Shown: in pieces, positions 19,194 through 29,222 of the stretch
How the letters are laid out: each line of letters opens with the position of its first letter
Numbering within the stretch: position 1 is the stretch's first letter
Origin: an uncultured Spirochaetota bacterium
Lineage (GTDB): Bacteria; Spirochaetota; Brevinematia; Brevinematales; JAOACQ01
Length of the DNA: 64,000 bases
Reading direction: 5' to 3'
Assembly (NCBI GenBank): GCA_963835575.1
Contig: CAWIGG010000004.1
Location: 1-64,000, forward strand
The notes under the pieces: generated by a model
Told to the model about the DNA's origin: nothing
The model's database searches: none
Seen by the model: only the letters and a program-made list of their open reading frames with translations
Program-made: the position numbers and the translations under genes

Positions 19194-19229
19194 AAAACAA
19201 AAGGAACGGAAGCCCCGTCTCCCGTTCCT
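19194..19229 (-). terminator. Intrinsic terminator after gap
   Basis: Minus strand AGGAACGGGAG-ACGGGG-CTTCCGTTCCT followed by TTTGTTTT. Confidence 0.75.
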
Positions 19230-19242
19230 GTTTATTATTTTT

Positions 19243-20319
<1,077 letters not shown>

Positions 20320-20378
20320 TTATCATAATATACTCATACAACTTATTATTGTACAATATATTAGTAAAATAATCAAAA

Positions 20379-20431
20379 AATTATTTGAATAGTAGAGACG
20401 CACGGCGTGCGTCTCTACTATTCAAATAATT
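20379..20431. repeat. GTAG-type REP within a 53-bp near-perfect palindrome
   Basis: aattatttgaataGTAGAGACGCACG-g-CGTGCGTCTCTACtattcaaataatt. Confidence 0.85.
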
Positions 20432-21818
20432 GCACTCTTCCGTAATGGTCTTCCACCCTTTCTATGTCGTCTTCGCCCACATATTCGCCGTTCTGTACTT
20501 CGATAATTTCCAGCGATATTTTACCGGGATTGGAAAGCCTGTGAAGAGTCGATTTAGGCACAAAAGCGCTCTCGTTTTCATGAATGATGAATTCCTTTTC
20601 TTCAAGCCTGACTTTTGCCGTACCCTTTACCACGATCCAATGTTCGCTTCTGTGAACATGACGCTGGAGGCTGAGACTTGCGCCGGGATTGACCACGATC
20701 TTCTTTATTTTATAGCGCTCCGATTCTTCCAGGACCGTATAGTTTCCCCAGGGCCGGTATGTCGTTATATGCTCATCCGCTTCCCTCCGCCCTTTTTCTT
20801 TTAAGCGGCTGACGATATCCTTGACCTGCTGGGTTTTGCTCCTGTCGCTGATCAGGATGGCATCCGCCGTTTCTATTACGGCCAGATTGGAAACGCCGAT
20901 AAGGACCGTCAGTTTCTTATCGCTTAAAACGATGCTGTTTTTAACATCCAGAAGCTCGACGTCCCCTTCCACGGCGTTTTGATTACTATCTTTTGGAAGG
21001 ATTTCATAGACTGAATCCCAGGAGCCGATATCGTTCCATTCAACAGTAAGTTTTTTGCAGAGTATGTTTTTTGTTTTTTCCATTACGGCGTAATCGATGG
21101 AAATATTCTGAAAATCCTTATACCGGTCAATCATATCCTGCAGGGAATATTCTTTTACCGCGCGGAATAATTCCGGGGCGTATTCTTCAAAAGCCCGGAC
21201 CATTACCTTTATTGAAAAAAGAAACATTCCCGAGTTCCAGAGATAATTCCCGGCAGAAATATATTCCCCGGCTTTTGCCTCATCCGGCTTTTCCACAAAA
21301 CGGCTGACCTGATAGGCGCCTTTTTCCTCTTCCCGGCCCAGCTCAATGTAGCCGTACCCTGTTTCCGGCCGCGCCGGTACAACGCCGAATGTCACAATAT
21401 GACTGGACGCGAGGGTAGAGGCCTCTTTTACGGCCTCCGCGAAATCTTTTTCCGGCCGGATAATATGGTCGGAAGGAGAGAAAAACAGAATCTCATTTTC
21501 CGCGCAATTCTCTTTTTCCTGTAAATATTTAATGGTCAGCGCGATGGCCGGGGCGGTGTTTCTTCCGAGCGGTTCCTGAATGAGATTATTGAAATCTTTT
21601 TTAAAAAATTCCGTCAAATGGCCTTTAATGACCAGTTTATAATCCTCGCCGGCGACTGTGTAAATATCCTGCTGACGGCTGAGGAGAAGAAGACGCCTTG
21701 CCGTCGACTGCAGGAAGCTCTCTCCATGAAAAAGCGACAAAAACTGCTTGGGATGGTTTTTTCGCGACAGGGGCCAGAGCCTTGTTCCGGAACCGCCTGC
21801 CATAATTATCGATTTCAT
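20418..21818 (-). CDS. manC: Mannose-1-phosphate guanylyltransferase / mannose-6-phosphate isomerase
   Basis: IMAGGSGTRLWPLSR, EPLGRNTAPA, ETGYGYI, WNSGMF, SIDYAVME, cupin RPWG...LSLQRH.HRSEHW; start corrected to ATG 21818. Confidence 0.96.
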   Translation of the reverse strand: MKSIIMAGGSGTRLWPLSRKNHPKQFLSLFHGESFLQSTARRLLLLSRQQDIYTVAGEDYKLVIKGHLTEFFKKDFNNLIQEPLGRNTAPAIALTIKYLQEKENCAENEILFFSPSDHIIRPEKDFAEAVKEASTLASSHIVTFGVVPARPETGYGYIELGREEEKGAYQVSRFVEKPDEAKAGEYISAGNYLWNSGMFLFSIKVMVRAFEEYAPELFRAVKEYSLQDMIDRYKDFQNISIDYAVMEKTKNILCKKLTVEWNDIGSWDSVYEILPKDSNQNAVEGDVELLDVKNSIVLSDKKLTVLIGVSNLAVIETADAILISDRSKTQQVKDIVSRLKEKGRREADEHITTYRPWGNYTVLEESERYKIKKIVVNPGASLSLQRHVHRSEHWIVVKGTAKVRLEEKEFIIHENESAFVPKSTLHRLSNPGKISLEIIEVQNGEYVGEDDIERVEDHYGRVQLFE

Positions 21819-21911
21819 AATATTTACATTATCCTTGTTAAACAATAAGAGAGAATATTTTAACAATATTTTCCGATTTAATCAATTATTATCAGGCCGG
21901 TAATTACCGGA

Positions 21912-22700
21912 TCATTTGAATTTTATGGCGATGCATTTATGGAGCACCCTGTTTCTCGGATAGGTAAGAGTGGACAGTACAGAAATATGGTAGCCGGAAA
22001 AATCAAAATTATTGCCCGTCTCCAGAAGTTTTATGGCATCCCGGGAAGCTTCAATAGCATCAATGATCTCCGGATTGCTGGAAAGAACAATGCTTTTGTT
22101 CGAATCGGTCAAAAGGACCGAAAAAGGGAACACATCAAATTTAGTTTTCATCGTCTGGTCAGCTGCCGAGGCGGCAGCGGCCGTATGCTTTTCCTCAAGC
22201 TTGATCATTCTGGCCTTCAGATCCGGCGTGCTCTTGTCGATTGCCAGTTCCACCCAGTCCAGAAGCAGTATTCTCAGGCTGTTGATATCTGTTAATTTTT
22301 GCAGCGATTCCATGCCGCCGGTTTCCGTGACCGCTTTTGCCAGACTGGATATTTCCTTGAGATAAGTATTTTTTTGATTGTCGGGAATATAGTACATAAT
22401 GACAAGATGGACTTTTTTCCCGTCCGGGGCGCCATAGTCAATTCCTTTCGGGGACCATCCGATCGCACAAAACAACTCTCCTTCCTGCCTTGACCTCGCA
22501 TGCGGACAGGCAATGCCCATGCCGATCCCTGTATTCGACTGGCTTTCCCTTTCCTTTATCTCCTTTACCAGATCGACCCGGCCGCCGATATCGGGAATGG
22601 CTTCAATGATAACAGCCAGGTATTCCAGGGATTTTTCCTTATCGATATCCGGCAGTTCGATCAATCTTCCTTCCTGCAGAGCGTTCAGCAGATTTTTCAT
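21912..22700 (-). CDS. PTS EIIA (Ntr/Fru-type) domain protein with an unknown C-terminal domain
   Basis: ERE...TGIGMGIACPHAR (phospho-His), GIDYGAPDGKKVHL. Confidence 0.88.
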   Translation of the reverse strand: MKNLLNALQEGRLIELPDIDKEKSLEYLAVIIEAIPDIGGRVDLVKEIKERESQSNTGIGMGIACPHARSRQEGELFCAIGWSPKGIDYGAPDGKKVHLVIMYYIPDNQKNTYLKEISSLAKAVTETGGMESLQKLTDINSLRILLLDWVELAIDKSTPDLKARMIKLEEKHTAAAASAADQTMKTKFDVFPFSVLLTDSNKSIVLSSNPEIIDAIEASRDAIKLLETGNNFDFSGYHISVLSTLTYPRNRVLHKCIAIKFK

Positions 22701-25326
22701 GAGGAACCTCTCCGTACCTTTTATTAAACCAGCTCTTTACAGTATGGGTTAATACGCTGTAAATTACCAGAAAGCCGGCGATCCAGAACCAGTAAACCGG
22801 CGGAAGGGGCACAAGGCTGATCAGGGAAGCGATCGGCGAGTAGGGCAGATAAACAGCGAATGCCATGACCAGCAGGGTGGTCAGCGTCATCGGCAGGCTT
22901 GCCCTGCTTTGAAAGAACGGGATCTTATTGGTGCGTATGATGTGGACGATAAGGGTCTGTGTTAATAGGGATTCCACAAACCAGCCGGTATGAAACAGCT
23001 TTTCATAATAAGTTTTCATCTCCGCGGAAGTGCCCGGATTTGTAAACAGGATGCAGTTAAAGAAATACAGCATCAAAAAGAAGGTCGCGTAATCGAAAAT
23101 GGAGCTGATCGGCCCTATCCAAACCATAAAACGCTGGATAAAACCTATGTCCCAATGGTGCGGTTTTTTCACGAATTCACTGTCCACATTGTCCGAAGGT
23201 ATTCCGGTCTGCGATACGTCATAGAGAAGATTATTGGCCAGGACCTGGATGGGCGCCATAGGCAGAAATGGCAGAAAATAGCTTCCGCCGACAACGCTGA
23301 ACATATTACCGAAGTTTGAGCTGGCCCCCATTTTTATGTATTTGATGATATTGGCGAAGATTTTTCTGCCCTCGATGATCCCGTCTTCCAGTACCATCAG
23401 GCTTTTTTCAAGAAGGATGATGTCGGCCGATTCCTTGGCGATATCGACCGCCGAATCCACCGATATCCCGACATCGGCCGCTTTCATGGCCGGAGCGTCG
23501 TTGATGCCGTCGCCCATAAAGCCGACGACATTGCCCTGCGCCCTCAGCTTCCGGATGATCTCTTCCTTCTGGGAGGGAGTCAAACCGGCAAACACATTGG
23601 CGCTCCGCACCGCTTCGTCAAATCCTTTTTCATCCATTCCGGCAAGCTGTTTTCCCGTGACCGCATTTGTAATAATAAGACCTACATCATGACAGACTTT
23701 TCTGGTCACAAGGTCGTTATCCCCTGTTAATATTTTGACGTCAACGCCGGAATTATGGAGCGCCTGTAAGGCCTGGGCGGTGGAATCCTTGGGAGGATCA
23801 AAAAAGGCGACATATCCGAGCAGTATCATGCCGCTTTCATCCGCTGTTGAAAACACTTCTTTGTCGTTTGAAAACTCTTTATAGCCGATAGCCAGAACGC
23901 GGTATCCGTCCCCGCTCAGCCGCTGATGTTCTTCCAGCAAGTCGTTTTTTATGATATCGATGAGAGGAAATATGTCATCATCCACCTGGTAGCGGTCGCA
24001 GACGCTGTACAATGCTTCTACGGAGCCTTTACAGATCATCACATGGGTCCCTTCATATTCTATGACAACCGACATTCTTTTCCTGTTAAAGTCAAAAGGA
24101 AGCTCGTCCACTTTCCGGCCTGTTCTTTCCACATCCAGGTCTTCATGCGCCAGAATTGCCTTGTCCAGCAGATTTCTCAAACCTGTCTGGTAATAGCTGT
24201 TCATATACGCGTATTTCAATACGTCTTCGCTGGTGCGGTTTGTCACATCCACGTATTTTTCCAGGACAATGCTGTCCTGGGTCAGCGTACCCGTCTTATC
24301 CGTGCAGAGGATGTTCATGGCGCCGAAATTCTGGATGGCCTTGAGCTTCTTTACGATCACCTTCTTTCGGGACATGACCAGGGCGCCCTTGGAAAGACAG
24401 ACCGTTATGATCATGGGCAGCATCTCGGGCGTCAGGCCGACGGCGACGGAAAGGCCGAACAGCAGGGCCTCGGCCCAGTTGTGCTTGGTCAATCCGACGA
24501 TCAGAAAGGTAAGTGTCACCATCACGAGCATAAACCGGACCATCAGCCATACAAACGATTTGACGCCCAGGTCGAAACTCGTCGCGTTTTTTGCGGCGGT
24601 GAGGTTTTTGGAAATGGCGCCGAGATATGTCTTTTTTCCCGTATTGACGGCAATGCCTTTCGCTGAACCGCTGATGACGTTAGATCCCTGAAAGCAGGCA
24701 TTGCTGAATGAAAGGGGCTCTTTATTTTGAGCGTCCTGCAGTTCGGCGTATTTTTCCACCGGCATCGACTCTCCCGTCAAAGCCGACTGGCTGACAAAAA
24801 AGTCCTTGGCCGAAAGAATGCGGAGATCGGCCGGGATGATAGAACCTGCCGTCAGAACAATAATGTCTCCGGGGACAACTTCGCTGATCGGGAGCTCGAT
24901 TTCACTGCCGCCGCTGAGGATGACCGCCGTCGATTGGACCATTTTCTGCAGTTCTTCGGCCGCTTTTCCCGACCGGCTTTCCTGAAAATAGGCAAGAAAA
25001 ACACTGATGAAAATCATGCCGCCGACAACAATGGACGAGCGGAGATCTCCCATTATATAGGAAATAATACAGATAATGAGCAGCTGAATGACTAATGGGT
25101 CTTTAAACCGGGATAATAGATCAAGAAACTTGTTCTGTTTGGATGAAGACAGGATATTTAAACCGTGTTCTTTTAAACGATTTTCGCGCTCTCCGGCTGT
25201 CAGTCCCTTTGAATCGGATCCAAGTTTTATTATGGATTCATCCGGTTTTACGGAACAAACTTCATTAAGAAGACTGACGGAGAGCTCTCCGTTTGCCGTT
25301 TTTAGGGTATGCCGCCGTATCGCCAT
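22639..25326 (-). CDS. mgtA: Mg2+-translocating P-type ATPase
   Basis: TGES, AVGLTPEMLPMI, DKTGTLT, PFDFNRKRMSV, GDGINDAPA, KMGASSNFGNMFSV, FHTGWFVESL. Confidence 0.96.
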   Translation of the reverse strand: MAIRRHTLKTANGELSVSLLNEVCSVKPDESIIKLGSDSKGLTAGERENRLKEHGLNILSSSKQNKFLDLLSRFKDPLVIQLLIICIISYIMGDLRSSIVVGGMIFISVFLAYFQESRSGKAAEELQKMVQSTAVILSGGSEIELPISEVVPGDIIVLTAGSIIPADLRILSAKDFFVSQSALTGESMPVEKYAELQDAQNKEPLSFSNACFQGSNVISGSAKGIAVNTGKKTYLGAISKNLTAAKNATSFDLGVKSFVWLMVRFMLVMVTLTFLIVGLTKHNWAEALLFGLSVAVGLTPEMLPMIITVCLSKGALVMSRKKVIVKKLKAIQNFGAMNILCTDKTGTLTQDSIVLEKYVDVTNRTSEDVLKYAYMNSYYQTGLRNLLDKAILAHEDLDVERTGRKVDELPFDFNRKRMSVVIEYEGTHVMICKGSVEALYSVCDRYQVDDDIFPLIDIIKNDLLEEHQRLSGDGYRVLAIGYKEFSNDKEVFSTADESGMILLGYVAFFDPPKDSTAQALQALHNSGVDVKILTGDNDLVTRKVCHDVGLIITNAVTGKQLAGMDEKGFDEAVRSANVFAGLTPSQKEEIIRKLRAQGNVVGFMGDGINDAPAMKAADVGISVDSAVDIAKESADIILLEKSLMVLEDGIIEGRKIFANIIKYIKMGASSNFGNMFSVVGGSYFLPFLPMAPIQVLANNLLYDVSQTGIPSDNVDSEFVKKPHHWDIGFIQRFMVWIGPISSIFDYATFFLMLYFFNCILFTNPGTSAEMKTYYEKLFHTGWFVESLLTQTLIVHIIRTNKIPFFQSRASLPMTLTTLLVMAFAVYLPYSPIASLISLVPLPPVYWFWIAGFLVIYSVLTHTVKSWFNKRYGEVPHEKSAERSAGRKIDRTAGYR

Positions 25327-25431
25327 ACTATTTTTCTCCCATCACAATGTAAGAAACAATTGATTCTAAAATATATGAAAATTAAAATGAGTTTTTGTCA
25401 AATGTTGTGTATGACATACCCTCTCATTTTT

Positions 25432-26682
25432 TTATGCTGCCTTTTTTACAAGCTCTCCGTTCTCAAAAACAGCGCCTTCCAATACAAGGCTAATCTTTTC
25501 ATAACCTCTTAATTTTCTCCATCGCCTGGATGCCTTATCCAGTAATTTATAGACCATTATTAGAATCGTTTCCCTGGTTCCGCAGCCTCTCATCTTTTTA
25601 GTTCTTAATCGAACTGTAGAGAAGGTAGATTCTATTACGTTTGTCGTACGGATATGTACCCAATGTTCCGCCGGACAGTTATAAAATTCGATCATAAGCT
25701 CCCAATCCTTTTCTAAACATTCGACAGCTGCTGGATATTTAGGATTAAAAACCGCCTGGAATAATTCAAAAGCTTTGATAGCATTATCCTTATCAGGAGC
25801 ATTGCATATCTCATGAAGCATCTCTTTTGCCTTTGACTGTAATACTTTGGGCAGCTTGTTTAGAATGTTCTTTATCTTATGAACCCAGCATCTCTGCCAT
25901 CTGGATTCAGGATATACTTCTTTGGCTGCTTTCCAGAATCCAAGGCTTCCGTCTCCGATAAAAAGAATAGGACCTTTCAAACCTTTTTCTTTTAGGTTTC
26001 TTAATATCCCTAACCAAGTCTCGGAATTCTCTCTGTAACCTTCTTCAACAAGAATAATCTCCTTTTCACCATTCTCATTGGCTCCGATCATTACAAGAGT
26101 GCATAAACGGTCTTCGCTGCCCTGTACATTGAAGTAAATGCCGTCAACCCATATATAGCAATACTTTTTATCGCTTAAATCGGATGTCCGCCACTCATCA
26201 TATTCTTTACCCCATCCTTGTTTCATTCTGCTTATACTTGAGGCTGATAATCCTTTCGCTTCTTCACCAAGCAATCCTCTCAAGGCATTCTCCATATCCA
26301 TCTCTGAGACTCCATAGAGATACAACAATGGAATGGCTTCCTCAATTCTCAGGCTTTTTCTCATATACGGCGGTACTATTAGGCTTTGAAAATTGTCGCC
26401 TCCGAGTCGGTTCCTTGTTCTCGGAATACATACATCAATAGCCCCTCCACCAATGAGAATCTGACGGGCTTTATGATACCCATTTCTTACTATTGCCTTT
26501 CTCCCGTCTTCGATAGTTAAATGCTCTCTCTCCTGAAGAAACCCATTAATTTCATCTTCCAGAGCCTTCTTGATTATTTCCCTGGCCCCGATCCTTGCCA
26601 ATTCTTCAAGACATAAAAATTCTACTGTTTCATCTTGATTAAAAGCCTGTAAGAGCTTAAAATCTTCGTTGTGCTTCGGCAT
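25432..26682 (-). CDS. IS256-family (Mutator) transposase
   Basis: RNGY, YIWVDGIY, IGDG.LGFW, QRCWVHK, HIRTTNVIESTF. Confidence 0.96.
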   Translation of the reverse strand: MPKHNEDFKLLQAFNQDETVEFLCLEELARIGAREIIKKALEDEINGFLQEREHLTIEDGRKAIVRNGYHKARQILIGGGAIDVCIPRTRNRLGGDNFQSLIVPPYMRKSLRIEEAIPLLYLYGVSEMDMENALRGLLGEEAKGLSASSISRMKQGWGKEYDEWRTSDLSDKKYCYIWVDGIYFNVQGSEDRLCTLVMIGANENGEKEIILVEEGYRENSETWLGILRNLKEKGLKGPILFIGDGSLGFWKAAKEVYPESRWQRCWVHKIKNILNKLPKVLQSKAKEMLHEICNAPDKDNAIKAFELFQAVFNPKYPAAVECLEKDWELMIEFYNCPAEHWVHIRTTNVIESTFSTVRLRTKKMRGCGTRETILIMVYKLLDKASRRWRKLRGYEKISLVLEGAVFENGELVKKAA

Positions 26683-26738
26683 ATGGCGTATTCCTCCTTT
26701 TGTTTATTGTCGTAAATAAATTATAGAGGGTACGCCAT
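26683..26738 (-). promoter_or_regulatory. RBS-sequestering hairpin upstream of the IS256 transposase
   Basis: The minus-strand leader ATGGCGTACCCTC...GAGGAATACGCCAT pairs across the AAGGAGG SD directly before the ATG. Confidence 0.7.
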
Positions 26739-26811
26739 CTTTTTTATAATATTTATTCCTATACACAACTTTCTATTATAACTCCAGTAAAGCCTTTTGA
26801 AATTCAAATGA

Positions 26812-28281
26812 TTATTGTTGTTCTTTTTTATCTTTAAAAAGCTCTTTGATATCATTCTCATATATAACATGGGGATATCTGGCTTCCACTGAGTTGAACC
26901 AGTCCCTTATACCGGCAGAATCCTTATACCTTGCCAGGGCAACCGCCGTGTCCTTGCCTAAATTCTGATACACAAGATTTTTTGCAACACCCTTTTTCAA
27001 CACTTTCATTATTAAGATATAACCGTCAGTATAAAAGGTTTTACTGATGACAGAAGGCGCGCTTGTGAATAAGAAGTCCATCCATTCGTTATTCTCCAAA
27101 ACAGGGATCGTGACAGGGTTTCCTTTATCATCATTCAGCTCTGTGCTGACAGGAGTAAGCTTATCGGTAAAAACATATTTAAACCCGGATACCGCAGCCG
27201 CCTTTTTGAAATCAGAAGAAGATTTTAATGACGCTTCGGCTTTAGCCGCGGCATTTTTAATATCGCCGTCATATTTTACCCGTAAATCAGTGAATTTATT
27301 ATATACAAATTCCGAAAAAACTGCTTTCTGGCCGACCGCGCTCAGACTTTTTAAAGATGGATAACTGTCGAGTTTTAATACATGGTATTCCCTGTTTTCA
27401 AAAAGCGGCTTCGGAGAGATGCCGTCCTTTTTAAGCCTGAGGGCCGCCGTATAACGCGTCGCTACACCGCGGGCATCCTTAAGAGTAACCGTTTTGATAT
27501 AGGCAACCTGCCCTTTATATTTTTCAAGGGTTTTATCCCAGCCATTCTGAAGGGCATCCTTGTTAAAATTATAAGCGATGGCATTCGTCTTTGTGGAAAT
27601 TTCTTCAATGGTAATTTCATTGACATATTTAGAAAAATTATCATTATAATAAGTCTGTATCTGCTCGGGTGTCAGCCGGCTTGCGATATAATTTGTAATA
27701 TCCAGATAAAGAAATTCGGCGGTCTGTTTATAATTTTCCAGATCATAGAATGAATACAGCTCGGCATAAGTTATCACTGAAAGGGTATTGACAATATCGC
27801 CGTTCTGACCTTCAAGGGCGTTATTCGCGTACTGCATCTCAGCGTAATCCAGAAGACCTTTATCAGGCGCTTTGTATAAATAGCCCCGGATCGAAGACTC
27901 AATGATCCCTCTCAGAGCATCCGGCGATGATTGAATGCCGTTATCCTGGGCAAACTGGTATATTGATCCATAATTAATCAGAACCTGCACGCTCTGAGAA
28001 ATAGCATACTGGTTCAAAGCGGTCTCGTCAAGCTGGCCCTTCAGCCGGCTTGCCAGATTCTGCCTGATAAAGCTGTAAATGTAATAAAAAGATGAATTCG
28101 GCTGATAGGAATACATTTCCTTTTTAATCTGCGCGATCCTGAACTGAGGCACTCCCTGCCGTGTGCTCCAGGGCGAAACAACCATGCCGACTATAAAACT
28201 TCCTATTACGAGAAGTATAAAAAAGAAGACAAAGCCTCTTTTAAAATACGTCCAGATTTGTTTTTGTAATTTCTTGTCCAT
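26812..28281 (-). CDS. Membrane-anchored periplasmic protein, SurA/PpiD-like chaperone
   Basis: N-terminal TM; helical region with EQIQTYYNDNFSKY, ISPKP..ENREYHVLKL and SKTFYTDGYILIMKV resembling degenerate parvulin-chaperone segments. Confidence 0.55.
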   Translation of the reverse strand: MDKKLQKQIWTYFKRGFVFFFILLVIGSFIVGMVVSPWSTRQGVPQFRIAQIKKEMYSYQPNSSFYYIYSFIRQNLASRLKGQLDETALNQYAISQSVQVLINYGSIYQFAQDNGIQSSPDALRGIIESSIRGYLYKAPDKGLLDYAEMQYANNALEGQNGDIVNTLSVITYAELYSFYDLENYKQTAEFLYLDITNYIASRLTPEQIQTYYNDNFSKYVNEITIEEISTKTNAIAYNFNKDALQNGWDKTLEKYKGQVAYIKTVTLKDARGVATRYTAALRLKKDGISPKPLFENREYHVLKLDSYPSLKSLSAVGQKAVFSEFVYNKFTDLRVKYDGDIKNAAAKAEASLKSSSDFKKAAAVSGFKYVFTDKLTPVSTELNDDKGNPVTIPVLENNEWMDFLFTSAPSVISKTFYTDGYILIMKVLKKGVAKNLVYQNLGKDTAVALARYKDSAGIRDWFNSVEARYPHVIYENDIKELFKDKKEQQ

Positions 28282-28295
28282 ATATGCTCCTTAGT

Positions 28296-28922
28296 TTACC
28301 ATTTTGGTTTGTCCGGTTCTTTTTTTACCAGTTTAACAAATTCTTTTGTCCAGATTTCAATATCAGAGAGTATTGAATCAATCTTTGCCGCAATATAATT
28401 ATAACCGGCAACAGCCGGTATGGCGACAATCAGGCCGTAAGCGGTAGTTATAAGCGCCTGGGAAATTCCGGCAATAAGCCTCGAAGGGTTAGCCAGACCC
28501 TGCGATGATAATACCGCGCTGGAATTCATCATACCGAATACAGTGCCCAGAAGCCCTAACAGCGTAGAAACACTCGCGACTGTGGCCAGTACGGGCAGAA
28601 AACGCTTCAGACCGGGCATTTCATGCACCGCCGCCGCTTCCATCGCTTCCTCTATCTCATCCCGTGATTTCTTAGGTGTTTCCAGCCCTGCTTTTAAAAT
28701 GTTCGAAGCCGGCCCCGGATAATTATCACAAACCGCCAGAGCTTCATCAAATTTAAAGAGTTTCAGCTTCTCCCTTATCTGCCCCATTATTATCTTTCCG
28801 TTATTCTTTACATTCCCGAGATAAATAAGCCTTTCTATAAAAACAGTCAGCCCGATGATGGAAGCGAGAAGAATAAAATACATTACAGGGCCGCCCTGAT
28901 AGAAATAATCAATCAAGGTCAT
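28296..28922 (-). CDS. MotA/TolQ/ExbB proton channel family protein
   Basis: GGPVMYFI, LLGLLGTVFGM, GISQALITTAYGLIVAIPA. Confidence 0.93.
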   Translation of the reverse strand: MTLIDYFYQGGPVMYFILLASIIGLTVFIERLIYLGNVKNNGKIIMGQIREKLKLFKFDEALAVCDNYPGPASNILKAGLETPKKSRDEIEEAMEAAAVHEMPGLKRFLPVLATVASVSTLLGLLGTVFGMMNSSAVLSSQGLANPSRLIAGISQALITTAYGLIVAIPAVAGYNYIAAKIDSILSDIEIWTKEFVKLVKKEPDKPKW

Positions 28923-29089
28923 ATCTGTCTCCTCGTTTTTATAGAAAAAGCGCCGTTTTAGATAAAACTTTTTTTATCAACAGGCTTAATAGGCGGTTCC
29001 AAATCCCAAAATTATATTGTTTTCCTAAAAGCGGCAAAATTTCAACATTTTATGAATTTAATTGAACCGCCGCCATGGTACAGAAGCTT

Positions 29090-29132
29090 GCAGCCGCTGC
29101 GTATGCCGCGCATACTTAACGCGGCTGCGTCT
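29090..29132. repeat. 43-bp intergenic hairpin repeat, copy 2
   Basis: gcagccgctgcgtatgccgcgcatacttaacgcggctgcgtct; homologous to 16556-16598. Confidence 0.75.
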
Positions 29133-29222
29133 TTTTAATTTATTTAAGTTTATATAACCGGGCAGTTCTAAAAACCAGGGCTTTTAGGACTACCTTAATT
29201 ATAATTTATTCTAAAATATTTG

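Larger units (their letters stand above)
25389..26784 (-). mobile_element. IS256-family insertion sequence
   Basis: Imperfect terminal IRs GAGTTTTTGTCAAATGTTGTGTAT / GAGTTATAATAGAAAGTTGTGTAT around a transposase; no flanking direct repeat (attaaaat vs cagtaaag). Confidence 0.9.

Noticed and set aside
23926..24691. Long antisense ORFs (246 aa and 152 aa) inside mgtA and similar ones opposite other genes
   Set aside because: They are typical antisense shadows in GC3-rich coding DNA, with no motifs or RBS.
25404..25412. IS256 IR core GTTGTGTAT resembling the TnsB site at the 9140 end
   Set aside because: It is fully explained as the IS256 terminal repeat and has no TGT-N5 context.
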